Shown piece by piece: positions 1-9,250 of a stretch of DNA of 64,000 nucleotides. The notes beneath the pieces were generated by a model. The model saw nothing but the letters and a program-made list of their open reading frames with translations, made no database searches and was not told where the DNA came from. The DNA comes from Dehalococcoidia bacterium (lineage in GTDB: Bacteria; Chloroflexota; Dehalococcoidia; Lucifugimonadales; QGNO01), in the NCBI GenBank assembly GCA_965248955.1, contig OZ252212.1:1217266-1281265 (forward strand). The letters run 5' to 3'. Numbering within the stretch: position 1 is the stretch's first letter; each line of letters begins with the position of its first letter. Made by a program: the position numbers and the translations under genes.

Positions 1-1
1 G

Positions 2-2644
2 GATGATGACGAGAACCATGCGACTCTTAGAGTTCAAAATTCAGGAGTTGCTGGTACTGCGAATTACACTGTAGCCGCGTTTCAGCCTCGAACGTTCTAT
101 CCGGCCAATGCCCCAATTGCCGACTGGGCTGGCATTGACCAGCTGGAGGATCCAGACGTCACTGCGGATACAGGCGACGCTGGGAACACCAGCGTAGACA
201 AGGTTGCTGCAGACCTCGGTATCAGTAGGGCTGCGTTCTTCCAGGCTGTGGGCGTATCCGGGGCTTCAACTACGGACCAGGGCCGGCTAGATTCTCTGAA
301 CAACGTCAGGAAGGGCGACGGGTTAGATATAAATGACGTCCTGGTTGTTCCGGTGGGTAATGCTGACCCATCAGTAATCGGAATCGGATCACGCTCAGTG
401 ACGATTACTGCAGCAACTACCGGCGGCGATTTTGCCTTGGTCTACTTCGGTTCACTGGCTGACACCGTTGACGTGAAGCTGAAGAGCACGTCAGACCAGA
501 CCGGATACACACAGACTCTTACGGAGAACGGCCTGAACACAGGCGTCTTTACAGGCACGTTCACCCTAGCAAGCAGTACCACTGAAGGCGACCAAGAGTT
601 GCAAGCAGCCAACGGCGACGTGATCACGGTTTCATACCGGGACGCCAGCGAAGAGCTGACGCGCACCGAAACCCTCAGCGTGGAGCAGGGTGCTCCCGAA
701 GTCTCCAACCTCACGCCTGCCAGCGGTACAAATACTAATGCGACCACGGTAGTCCTTACCGGCAACCTCGTCGACGCCCAGTCCAGAGTGAAGGCTAATG
801 CCATCACGTTCTACCTTTCTGTCGATGATGGCGCCACGTTTACCGCAATCCCCAATGAAGACAACAGTACAAACAGCGACTTCGACAACGAAGGTTATAA
901 CCTGACTGCAATCACAGGCGGATTGCAGGCATCCGTGCGATTGTCCTTGGATCCTCCGTCAGGCGCAGACCAGGTATACCAATGGTACTTGGAAGGCGGA
1001 GACAACGCGGGGAATGTTGGCGCCAGCAAGGCTGATGCTGACGAAGCAGATAGCGGCGAGGACAACGCCCATAGCTTTACGTTTGACAACCAGTCCGTCA
1101 CGCTGAAAACCGAAGACGACGACGAAATGAATGCCACCCTTGGAGAGTCGTATGACTCAGCGGAGAAAGAGGTTGTTGAGAACGTCAACACCAGCATACG
1201 CGTCATCTTCGACGGCGCTCTTGACGGCGATTCGGTGGATGCGAGCGACTTCACGGTCGACGGCGAAACCGTTGATGCCGCCGACTGGTTCTCCGGTGAG
1301 AAAGAAAGCGTATTCCTCACCGTTGGCGTCAAGGGCCCAAGCGCCACCCCCAAGGTGGAAGTGGCCAGCGGCTCCATTCGGGACGCTGCGGGCAACGCCA
1401 ACGCAGCTACGTTGACCGTGGGAGCAGCCAAGGACGGCTTGGATCCCAAACTCACCGTCGAAGTCAGCGGAGATGACACAGGCGGCGTGCCGGTGAGCGA
1501 CAGCCGGATAACGATCACGGTAACCGCCAACGAGACATTGCTTACCAACCCGACGATAGAGACCGGCGCCGTGACAGAGAATGCAGATGGCGATCTCGAA
1601 TTGACCGGCTCTCTGTCAGCTCAAAGCGGACTTACCTTCCTTGGCAACGACCAGTGGGAGAAGAGGTTGTCCGTAAGCAGTTCTGGCGCCTTCGTGGTCA
1701 AAGTCACCGGTCGAGATACTGCCAGCAACGTGGGCAGCAGCGGCAGCGACGACCCCGAAAACTCTAAGGCCATCTTCTTTGAGATGGACGATGGGATACC
1801 TGCACCAGTATTGGATCCCGGCGATGAGGGCAGCGTGTCACGCAGCGACCCGTTCCTCAACATCGACTGGTCGAGTGAAGGCGGCGAGTACGCCGGCGAC
1901 ACCCACAATAAGGTGACGTTGACCGTGCTGACGCTGGACGGCGAAGACGTGCTGGACAGGGCCGCGACCAGTAACAACAGGTCGTTCATCCTGACCACCA
2001 GCGGCCTTGAGCTAGGCGACCACGAAATCGAGGTCAACGGCACGGACGAGGCTGGCAACACGCTTTCCAGCGACCATGAGGTTACCTTCACGGTGAAAGC
2101 CAGGCCCAAGGCCGAGATCGAGCTGAAGCCGGGCATGAACCTGATATCGTTGCCAGGCGATCCTGCGGACACGTCCATCAACAGCGTGGTGACGTTGAGC
2201 CAGGTCAGCGCCATAACCACCTACGACCCGGTGAACCCTGACCCGGCAACTGGCAGCCCGTGGCTGTCCGCCACCAGGGACGACAGCGGCAACCTGAGCG
2301 GCTCGCTGACGCAGGTAGACGCTCAGCATGCCTACTGGGTATCCACCACCTCCTTCGACCCGATATCGGTGGACATCCCAACGCATGGGTTCGCCAACGT
2401 GCCGCCCGCCATTTCACTGGTGGAAGGCTGGAACCTGGTGCCCGTGGTGGTCGTTGGTGACCAGAGCCCCGGCGATACCATTGCCGCCGATACGTATTTC
2501 GGCAGCACTAGCTGGGTCACGGCTTACACCTTCGACCCGGAGGCGGGCCAGTGGACGAAAGTCCTGCCCAACAACTTCCATGACGTGGAAGTGGGCAAAG
2601 GCTACTGGCTGTACGTAGAGAATGCTGGCGTCCTGGTACCGTAA
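2..2644 (+). CDS. Large secreted repeat-rich cell-surface protein, C-terminal part (5' end lies upstream of the window)
   Basis: Frame 2 is open from nt 2, with no stop before the GTG at 248 used by the ORF track, so the gene is cut by the window edge. Composition is Thr/Ser/Asp/Gly/Val-rich beta-type with no catalytic motif. The last ~190 aa carry two copies of a G-x-NL-x-x-x-P ... G-x-GYW module. It ends at TAA 2642-2644, followed by a strong hairpin. Confidence 0.6.
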   Translation, partial: DDDENHATLRVQNSGVAGTANYTVAAFQPRTFYPANAPIADWAGIDQLEDPDVTADTGDAGNTSVDKVAADLGISRAAFFQAVGVSGASTTDQGRLDSLNNVRKGDGLDINDVLVVPVGNADPSVIGIGSRSVTITAATTGGDFALVYFGSLADTVDVKLKSTSDQTGYTQTLTENGLNTGVFTGTFTLASSTTEGDQELQAANGDVITVSYRDASEELTRTETLSVEQGAPEVSNLTPASGTNTNATTVVLTGNLVDAQSRVKANAITFYLSVDDGATFTAIPNEDNSTNSDFDNEGYNLTAITGGLQASVRLSLDPPSGADQVYQWYLEGGDNAGNVGASKADADEADSGEDNAHSFTFDNQSVTLKTEDDDEMNATLGESYDSAEKEVVENVNTSIRVIFDGALDGDSVDASDFTVDGETVDAADWFSGEKESVFLTVGVKGPSATPKVEVASGSIRDAAGNANAATLTVGAAKDGLDPKLTVEVSGDDTGGVPVSDSRITITVTANETLLTNPTIETGAVTENADGDLELTGSLSAQSGLTFLGNDQWEKRLSVSSSGAFVVKVTGRDTASNVGSSGSDDPENSKAIFFEMDDGIPAPVLDPGDEGSVSRSDPFLNIDWSSEGGEYAGDTHNKVTLTVLTLDGEDVLDRAATSNNRSFILTTSGLELGDHEIEVNGTDEAGNTLSSDHEVTFTVKARPKAEIELKPGMNLISLPGDPADTSINSVVTLSQVSAITTYDPVNPDPATGSPWLSATRDDSGNLSGSLTQVDAQHAYWVSTTSFDPISVDIPTHGFANVPPAISLVEGWNLVPVVVVGDQSPGDTIAADTYFGSTSWVTAYTFDPEAGQWTKVLPNNFHDVEVGKGYWLYVENAGVLVP

Positions 2645-2668
2645 AGACCAGGCCGCGCCAAAAGCCTG

Positions 2669-2708
2669 AAAAGGAAGAGGGCTCTTGAAAAAGAGCCCTC
2701 TTCCTTTT
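2669..2708. terminator. Bidirectional intrinsic terminator between convergent genes
   Basis: Perfect 18-bp inverted repeat AAAAGGAAGAGGGCTCTT / AAGAGCCCTCTTCCTTTT with a GAAA loop. The T/A runs sit at both stem ends. It lies between the stop at 2644 (+) and the stop at 2739 (-). Confidence 0.8.
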
Positions 2709-2738
2709 AGGGAACATGCGGGCAGACGGGTGGCTTGT

Positions 2739-4082
2739 TCACCTAGTAGTCAGATCGTGGACCTTGTCCGCCGCTGAGTTGCCGCTTCGCACCGCGCCCT
2801 CCATGGTGGCGGGCCAACCCGTATCGGTCCAGTCTCCGGCCAGCAGCAGGTTGCCTAGCGGCGTCTCCATGGGCAGCCGTGCCGGCGCGGACCCCGGGGC
2901 CGGCCGGAACGTGGCATGCCGCTCCTTGACAACCACGAACCGTTCCGCGGTCGCATCCCGTGCACCCGGCAGCACCCGGGCCAGCTCCGGCAGGAAGGAG
3001 TCTGCGAGCTCCTTCTTACTCACCGGCCAGTGCTCCCAGGCCCCGCTCAGCGAGACGGTCAGATACTGGCCGGGCCCGGCCAGACCCAGAATTCGCGTCT
3101 TGTTGAACACCCACTGTACCGGGCTTCCCACGAACGCGGCGAAGTCGAAGTCGGCCACGGGGCGGTCGTACCAGACGTGCAGGTTCACAATGGGCGACCA
3201 TGTATGGGCCGCGGCGGGGGCGAACGCGGGGTGCCGACGCCACTCCTCCGGCAGCAGCCGGAGCAACACCGTTGGCATGAGCGCGCTCACGTAGAAATCC
3301 GAACACACCAACTCGCCTCCGGTCAGCGCCACGCCCGTCACGGCACCGTGGTCTACGTGCAAATGCTCCGCGATGCGCCCCAGCACGAGTGTGACCCCTT
3401 GCTCACGCAGCCGGCGTTCAACGGCGTTGCCCATCACCTCTGACAGCCCGGCGCGGGCGTAGCCCACGCTGGCGGCATGGCGGTCTTTGAGCAGGGCGGT
3501 CTTGAACAGCATGAAGCCGGCGCTGGCGCTGACGTCATCTGAAGCATCGTTGAGCGCCGGCAGCACCAGCAGGTCCCACAGATTCTGGATTGCCCTGCTG
3601 CTCTGGCCTGCTTCCTCCAGCCAGTCTCGGAAGGAACGCGACTCCAAGTCGTGGTGGTCGTGACAGCGCTCCCGCTGGATGCGCAGCAGTGCCCGCACCG
3701 CGCGCAGCTTGTCAGTCCAGCTGATGTGCGGGTAGTGCAACAGCGACCACCCAAGATGGAGCGGCGCGGGAAGCGGCAGAGCGGAGAGCAGACCGCGCTT
3801 TCCACGTGGGTCGAAGACCTCTATGCGGAGGCGACGCTGGCGGTGGGTGAGGTGCAGCGTCCCCATCTCCTCTAGGAATTGGACGTATTCGGTGCAGCAA
3901 CCTAGAAACACGTGCTGCCCGTTGTCCACCTGCACGCCGCTCTCGCGGTCCGTGAAGGAGAAAGCCCTCCCGCCCAGGTATGGCCGGCGCTCCACCAGCG
4001 TCACATCGTGACCCAGGCGGGAGAGGCGCCAGGCCGCGGCCATGCCGGCCAGCCCTCCGCCCAGTACAGTGACGCTGCTCAC
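2739..4082 (-). CDS. hpnE: FAD-dependent hydroxysqualene dehydroxylase (amine-oxidase/phytoene-desaturase family)
   Basis: N-terminal dinucleotide fold VTVLGGGLAGMAAAWRL...LVERRPYLGGRA and amine-oxidase-like C-terminus LLLAGDWT. It lies directly downstream of two SQS/PSY-family genes. I prefer the GTG at 4082 (GTGA overlap with the hpnD stop) over the ORF-track start at 4118. Confidence 0.8.
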   Translation of the reverse strand: MSSVTVLGGGLAGMAAAWRLSRLGHDVTLVERRPYLGGRAFSFTDRESGVQVDNGQHVFLGCCTEYVQFLEEMGTLHLTHRQRRLRIEVFDPRGKRGLLSALPLPAPLHLGWSLLHYPHISWTDKLRAVRALLRIQRERCHDHHDLESRSFRDWLEEAGQSSRAIQNLWDLLVLPALNDASDDVSASAGFMLFKTALLKDRHAASVGYARAGLSEVMGNAVERRLREQGVTLVLGRIAEHLHVDHGAVTGVALTGGELVCSDFYVSALMPTVLLRLLPEEWRRHPAFAPAAAHTWSPIVNLHVWYDRPVADFDFAAFVGSPVQWVFNKTRILGLAGPGQYLTVSLSGAWEHWPVSKKELADSFLPELARVLPGARDATAERFVVVKERHATFRPAPGSAPARLPMETPLGNLLLAGDWTDTGWPATMEGAVRSGNSAADKVHDLTTR

Positions 4083-4960
4083 GTGCCCCGTCGCGCCGGG
4101 AGGAGGCTTGCCGCCCACAGCTTGGCTGCGAGCAGGACCTTCTCGGCGGTGGTGAGCCTGACCCGGCCGTGGAAGACGTCGAAGCGGCGTGCTTCTATCC
4201 GGTCCAGCAGCCGCGAATAAAGCCCGTGAAGGATGGAGACGCAGGCGCGGGAGCGGACAGGCACCAAGGGGAGCAGCCGGGCGCTGCTACTGTAATAGCT
4301 CCGGGCGCGCTCTGCCTGGAAGCACATCAACTCTTCGAAGCACTGGTTGACGACGCCCCTGGCCAACTCCTCCTCTGAATAACCGAAGCGGGCCAGCTCG
4401 TCTTGAGGAATGTAGATGCGGCCGCGCTCGGCGTCCTCCTGGATGTCGCGCAGGATGTTGGTAAGCTGCATGGCCAGGCCAAGGTCCACCGCGTAGCAGC
4501 GCGCCTCCGGCCGCGCATACCCAAAGACCTCGACGCAGATGAGCCCTACGGTGGAGGCCACGCCGTAGCAGTACCGGCGCAGGTCTTCAAAGGTTGCGTA
4601 TCTGCTCTGGGCCGTGTCCATTTCGACGCCGCCCACCAGCGCCTGGAACCTTGATTGCTCTATGCGGTAGGTGGCCGCCACGTCTGCCAGCGCCGTGAAG
4701 ACGGGGCCCTCCGGGGCGTCGGCATAAGCCCTCTCAAGGGAACGGCGGACCTCGGCTAGCCCGGTCAGCTTGGCCTCGATGGGAGAGTCACCGTCGGCGA
4801 TGTCGTCGCAGGTGCGGGCGAAGGCGTACACGGCGTAGATCGCGTGGCGCTTGGCGGGAGGAAGCGTGAGAAAGGCGAAGTAGAAGTTTCGCGCCTCTCG
4901 CTTGGCCACCTCTCGGCAGTGGCCATAGGCCTGGGCCAGGGCTCCATCCGGCGCCATCAC
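4079..4960 (-). CDS. hpnD: Presqualene diphosphate synthase (squalene/phytoene synthase family)
   Basis: SQS_PSY motifs: RNFYFAF, AIYAVYAFARTCDDIADG, DLGLAMQLTNILRDIQEDAERGRIYIP. ATGA overlap with the upstream gene. Confidence 0.85.
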   Translation of the reverse strand: MMAPDGALAQAYGHCREVAKREARNFYFAFLTLPPAKRHAIYAVYAFARTCDDIADGDSPIEAKLTGLAEVRRSLERAYADAPEGPVFTALADVAATYRIEQSRFQALVGGVEMDTAQSRYATFEDLRRYCYGVASTVGLICVEVFGYARPEARCYAVDLGLAMQLTNILRDIQEDAERGRIYIPQDELARFGYSEEELARGVVNQCFEELMCFQAERARSYYSSSARLLPLVPVRSRACVSILHGLYSRLLDRIEARRFDVFHGRVRLTTAEKVLLAAKLWAASLLPARRGT

Positions 4961-5877
4961 GACCGCCCGTCTGCCGACGAGGAAGGCCTCAAGATGGCAA
5001 GCCGCGCCATGGTGGAGAGCATCAGCCAGAGCTTGCGGGTTCGCGTCACCACGGGACGGCCGGTGAGCACGTCGTAGTTCTGGCGACGGATCGCCGCCAG
5101 AACAGCCATGCCTCCTCTGCTAAACAGCGCGATGTCCAGCCTTACCCGGCCGTGGAGGCGCTGTTCCAGCGGCAAGCCCCGCCGGAACAGCGCCTCCGCC
5201 CGGTCTACCTGGAAGCGCATCAGGGAGCGGAAGCGGTCGTTCACCACGCCGGCCGCCAGCTCCTCCTCCGAGTAGCCGAAGCGGGCCATGTCCTCCTGGG
5301 GGATGTAAACACGGCCCATCTGGTAGTCCCGGCGCACATCCTGCCAGAAGTTGGCAAGCTGCAGCGCCGTGCAGGTGGCGTCGGAGAGGGCCTGCCGCTC
5401 GGTGTCTCGGTATCCCAGCACGTAGAGTACCATGCGGCCCACCGGTTCCGCCGAGTGGCGGCAGTAGTGCAGCAGATCGTCGTAGGTGCTGAAGCGGTGC
5501 TGGCGCTGATCCATGCGGTTCGCCTCTATGAGCCGGGTGAAGGGATCTGCGGGAATGTCGAAACGGCGGATGGTGTCCTGCAGCGCCACCATTACGGGAT
5601 CGGTGGGTTGGCCTCCGTAGCAGAGGGACAGTTCGGCCTCCCAGTCGTTTAGGAGGGTTAGGCGGTCGCCGGGCGCTTCGTCGCCAAGGTCGTCGGTGCG
5701 GCGACAGAAGGCGTAGACGGCGAAGAGGTGCGGCCGCAGCGTTCGGGGCAGGAGCCAGGAGCCGACGGTGAAGTTTTCGTAGTGGCTGCGCGCCAACTGC
5801 TCGCAGTGCTTATAGGCCGCCCGCACTTCGCACGGGGCAAGGTTCGTACCCGCCGGGGATCCATGCCGGGTCGTCAT
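4957..5877 (-). CDS. hpnC: Hydroxysqualene synthase (squalene/phytoene synthase family)
   Basis: HYENFTVGS motif, FAVYAFCRRTDDLGDE, ALQLANFWQDVRRDYQMGRVYIP. The ORF is open to 6000, but the conserved region begins just after the ATG at 5877 (MTTRHG...), so the start is uncertain. Confidence 0.85.
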   Translation of the reverse strand: MTTRHGSPAGTNLAPCEVRAAYKHCEQLARSHYENFTVGSWLLPRTLRPHLFAVYAFCRRTDDLGDEAPGDRLTLLNDWEAELSLCYGGQPTDPVMVALQDTIRRFDIPADPFTRLIEANRMDQRQHRFSTYDDLLHYCRHSAEPVGRMVLYVLGYRDTERQALSDATCTALQLANFWQDVRRDYQMGRVYIPQEDMARFGYSEEELAAGVVNDRFRSLMRFQVDRAEALFRRGLPLEQRLHGRVRLDIALFSRGGMAVLAAIRRQNYDVLTGRPVVTRTRKLWLMLSTMARLAILRPSSSADGRS

Positions 5878-6037
5878 GCGCCTATGACCTGCCCGCAGGT
5901 TTCTAGCACGATCCTGGATGTCAGCGCCTTGCTCATTGGAGGTGCGCTCCTCAAGAATAACGGTCAATATTATACACGATTCGCCCGCCTCCACTGTCAT
6001 CCAGATGAGCAGGGGGCCCCATGTAGAGGTGGAGTGA

Positions 6038-6807
6038 CTCGCGGATCAACTCGCTAATGGTTGTAGTACAACGGCAGGGGTTGTCAAGGAAGCCATCAGC
6101 AAGTATGACTCAGAAGGTCTCGATGCCACCGTCGCCTACTACAACACCAAAGAGAGCATTGACGGCCAGTGGTACATGTTCATCCTAGACCAGGACGACA
6201 TTATGCTGGCCCACGTCGCCAACCCGGACCTCGTTGGCCGACCCTCTTCCGCGGCCGTTGCACCCAACAACTATCCCGCCGGAGAGGCGGTGGTAGCCGT
6301 TGCCGACGAGGATGGCGCCTGGTTCAGCTACACCTTCACGAACCCGGCCTCGGGCGCAGTCGAGACCAAACACTCTTGGAGGGTCGAATATGACGGTCTG
6401 ACCTTCGGATTAGGCTGGTATGAGCGCGGGCCCGGTAAGGCAGACGCTCCAGCTTACACCAGGGCTTTCGTAGGGCGCGCTATAGACCTGTAAACGCCAT
6501 CGGCCGGGAGGACACGGTGGCTTACTACAACACCATGGAGAGTGTGGACGGCCAGTGGTACGTCTTTATCATCGACGAGGACGGCTACACCATATCCCAC
6601 CATAATCCGATGTTTAGAGGCCGGGATCCGAGCCTCCGGATCGACGCCAATGGATACTTCTACGGTGACGACTTGCTGGGCGCTACCGAGTCGGGACGCT
6701 GGGTCGGCTACGTGCTGCTCAACCCGGAAACGGGTGACGACCGGCAGAAGCACACCTGGGCGGTGCGCCATGACGGTTTGATCTTCGCGTCGGGCTGGTA
6801 CGAGTAG
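6038..6807 (+). pseudogene. Decayed gene for a tandem single-Cache (sCache_2-like) extracytoplasmic sensor/binding protein
   Basis: Two paralogous ~100-aa units: ...VAYYNTKESIDGQWYMFILDQDD...TFGLGWYE and ...VAYYNTMESVDGQWYVFIIDEDG...IFASGWYE. Conserved helix sequence (VVKEAISKYDSEGLDATVAYYNT) extends upstream of the first ATG (6176), with no ATG/GTG/TTG in frame back to the stop at 6035. Unit 1 (frame 2) and unit 2 (frame 1) join cleanly if 1 nt is restored near 6490 (..RAIDL/VNAIGREDTVAYYNT). No signal peptide is left. Confidence 0.6.
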
Positions 6808-6940
6808 ACGCTAGCTGGCGCGGAGGGCTTCAGGATCTAGCCCACGCCCAGAGACAGTGGGGAGCGTGGCAGTGACAAACTCCCGGCGGACGGCCGTCGG
6901 TTGCCCGATGTAGGAGTGCCCCTTTGTGGGCGCCCGCCTA

Positions 6941-6970
6941 TTGACACCCGCAAGCCTTGGTTGGTAGATT
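6941..6970 (+). promoter_or_regulatory. Sigma70-like promoter upstream of hrcA
   Basis: TTGACA (6941-6946), 18-nt spacer, TAGATT (6965-6970), about 58 nt upstream of the hrcA ATG. Confidence 0.4.
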
Positions 6971-6975
6971 CGAAG

Positions 6976-7004
6976 GGCACGCACTTGCGCGCGCGGCGAG
7001 TGCC
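6976..7004 (+). promoter_or_regulatory. Degenerate CIRCE-like inverted repeat (possible HrcA operator)
   Basis: GGCACGCACT-N12-GAGTGCC lies immediately downstream of the -10. The right arm GAGTGCCAA matches CIRCE GAGTGCTAA at 8/9 positions. The left arm is poor and the spacing is 11-15 nt instead of 9. Confidence 0.3.
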
Positions 7005-7027
7005 AAGCGCAAGAACAGGCGCCAACA

Positions 7028-8041
7028 ATGCTCACAGACCGACAGAAGCAGATACTCAACATCATCGTTGATCGGTACATTCGGAGCTCCGCTCCCGTGT
7101 CCTCCGACGTAGTGGCCGGCAAGATGGACCGCCCCGTCAGTTCGGCGACAATCCGCAACGAGATGGCGGCGCTGGACAAGGCGGGTTACATCACGCGTCC
7201 GCACACCTCCGCGGGCAGCGTCCCTTCTGACAGGGCTTACCGCGCTTACGTGGAGTCGCTGTACATACCGGACCTGCCCAGGCAGGTGCAGGAGGATATC
7301 CAGAGCAGGTTCAGCCAGGCGAACATGGAGGTCGAGGCGTGGGGGCGCATGGCGGTGCGTATGCTGGCCGGGCTTGTCCACACCCTGGCCATGATCAGCT
7401 TCCCTGCGACGGCACCTCCCCGCTGGAGGCACTTGGAGCTAGTCTACCTACAGGAGTTCCTGGCACTCCTGATAATGGTCATGGATGAGTCCAGGTTGCG
7501 CCAGCGGCTCCTGCCCCTCAAAGAGGCCATGACCCAGGACCAGCTCACCCGCGTGGCCAACAAGCTCAACGCGCTCTATTCAGGCAATACGCAGCAAGAG
7601 GTGACGGCGCGCGATCGGGAGTTCACCCCGTTTGAGTCCGGCGTCGCCGCCGCCGCCGGCGACCTGCTGAAACAGGACTACGACTCGGAACCGGCCCACT
7701 TCATAGACGGACTGCGTCACATGTTCGCGTACCCTGAGCTTGCCGCCGGCCCCACGGCGAGGAACATGCTTGAGTTGGTGGAGGACGGGGAGCTTGTGCC
7801 GGTGGTGCTGTCGCAGGCTCTCAGCGCTGGCGACGTCAACGTGACGATAGGGACGGAGCACAGGATGAATCAGCTTCACCCCTTTAGCGTTGTCTACGCG
7901 CGCTACGGGGCGCCCTCAGAGACCGGGGGCGTCGTCGCCATCCTGGGGCCCACGCGCATGAGGTACCCGGACGCCATATCCAACGTTCGCTACTTCTCCC
8001 ACCTGATGACCGAAATGGTGGAAAGCCTGCACGGCAGATAA
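7028..8041 (+). CDS. hrcA: Heat-inducible transcription repressor HrcA
   Basis: N-terminal winged helix LTDRQKQILNIIVDRYIRSSAPVSS...VSSATIRNEMAALDKAGYITRPHTSAGSVPSDRAYRAYV. Typical length (337 aa) and position upstream of dnaJ. Confidence 0.9.
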   Translation: MLTDRQKQILNIIVDRYIRSSAPVSSDVVAGKMDRPVSSATIRNEMAALDKAGYITRPHTSAGSVPSDRAYRAYVESLYIPDLPRQVQEDIQSRFSQANMEVEAWGRMAVRMLAGLVHTLAMISFPATAPPRWRHLELVYLQEFLALLIMVMDESRLRQRLLPLKEAMTQDQLTRVANKLNALYSGNTQQEVTARDREFTPFESGVAAAAGDLLKQDYDSEPAHFIDGLRHMFAYPELAAGPTARNMLELVEDGELVPVVLSQALSAGDVNVTIGTEHRMNQLHPFSVVYARYGAPSETGGVVAILGPTRMRYPDAISNVRYFSHLMTEMVESLHGR

Positions 8042-8083
8042 GCGGGCCCGCCCGTCGTTGCCGCTCCTCTGATACCTGAACAG

Positions 8084-8092
8084 TGATATAAT
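8084..8092 (+). promoter_or_regulatory. Extended -10 element (TGaTATAAT) 9 nt upstream of the dnaJ ATG
   Basis: TGATATAAT at 8084-8092. There is no Shine-Dalgarno between it and the ATG at 8102, which implies a leaderless or near-leaderless dnaJ transcript. Confidence 0.35.
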
Positions 8093-8101
8093 CGTATACC
8101 T

Positions 8102-9250
8102 ATGGCTGTGAAGAGAGACTACTATCAGGTGCTGGGCGTCTCCAACGGAGCCTCAGACGAGGAGATCAAGAGGGCGTTTCGCAAGCTTGCCCTGGAGTAT
8201 CACCCCGATAGGAACAGGGAGCCCAACGCCGAAGAGCGGTTCAAAGAGGTCAACGAAGCGTACCAGGTGCTGAGCAGCAGGGAGAAGCGCTCGGCGTACG
8301 ATAGGTTCGGCCACGCCGGCGTTGCGTCCAACGGCGGCACGGGGCGCGGGTTTGAAGGCTTCGATACGTTCAGCGGCTTCGGTGACATCTTCGATGCTTT
8401 CTTCGGCGGCTTTGGAGCCGCCGCACGAACCAAGGTGCGCCCCACGCGCGGCCAAGACCTTGAGCTCGGCCTGACCCTGACCTTTGAAGAAGCGGCTATC
8501 GGCACGAAAAAGAGGGTCAGGGTGTCACGCATAGAGGCCTGCGACCGGTGCCAGGGGAGCCGCAGCGAACCTGGTACGTCTGTGGAGACGTGCGGCGCTT
8601 GCCGCGGCGCCGGCCATGTGAAGCGCTCCCAGCAGAGCCTGTTTGGGCAGTTCGTCCAGGTGGCGGCCTGTCCCAGTTGCCGCGGCGAAGGCCGGGTTGT
8701 GTCGCAGCCATGCCAGAGTTGCCGTGGACAAGGCGCGGTGCGAAACACGCGGGAGCTGGACGTGGCGATTCCGGCCGGGGTTGAAGACGGTTCGCATCTG
8801 CGACTACCGGCGGAGGGAGACGCGGGCTCTCACGGCGGCCAGCCCGGCGATGTATTGCTATTGCTCAACGTGAAATGGCACCAGGTTTTCCAACGAGACG
8901 GGTCCAATCTACTTCTCAATCTTTCAATCAACTTTTCGCAGGCGGCTCTGGGCGACTCGGTGGAGATTCCCACCCTGGAAGGTACAACGCCGCTGACCAT
9001 TCCCGCCGGCATACAGACGGGCTCCGTGCTCCGAGTCAAGGGCCAGGGCGTGGCCAAGGTCCATGACAGAGGACGCGGCGACCTCTTTGTTACCGTGCAC
9101 GTCAGCACGCCGCGCTCGCTGGACCCCGAGGCGAAGAAGCTGTTAGAGCAGCTGGCAGGGAAGTTGAGTGGAGGCCAAGTCATGGAAGAGGACAAGGGCT
9201 GGTTCCACCGCATCAGGGATACCTTTGGGGGCGGCTCCGGGTCTAGATGA
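8102..9250 (+). CDS. dnaJ: Molecular chaperone DnaJ
   Basis: J domain DYYQVLGV...[14 protein letters not shown], a G/F-rich linker, and four CxxCxGxG zinc-finger repeats ([32 protein letters not shown]). Confidence 0.95.
   Translation: MAVKRDYYQVLGVSNGASDEEIKRAFRKLALEYHPDRNREPNAEERFKEVNEAYQVLSSREKRSAYDRFGHAGVASNGGTGRGFEGFDTFSGFGDIFDAFFGGFGAAARTKVRPTRGQDLELGLTLTFEEAAIGTKKRVRVSRIEACDRCQGSRSEPGTSVETCGACRGAGHVKRSQQSLFGQFVQVAACPSCRGEGRVVSQPCQSCRGQGAVRNTRELDVAIPAGVEDGSHLRLPAEGDAGSHGGQPGDVLLLLNVKWHQVFQRDGSNLLLNLSINFSQAALGDSVEIPTLEGTTPLTIPAGIQTGSVLRVKGQGVAKVHDRGRGDLFVTVHVSTPRSLDPEAKKLLEQLAGKLSGGQVMEEDKGWFHRIRDTFGGGSGSR

Noticed and set aside
5878-6000. N-terminal extensions offered by the ORF track: hpnC to 6000, hpnE to 4118, guaB3-like to 16148, GIY-YIG to 29463, adhesin to 30321, ThDP protein to 48591, DapA-like to 62734
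   Set aside because: In each case homology, a signal peptide or a Shine-Dalgarno begins at an internal start, and the extension either overlaps a neighbour or is compositionally odd. The internal starts are used, with uncertainty stated.
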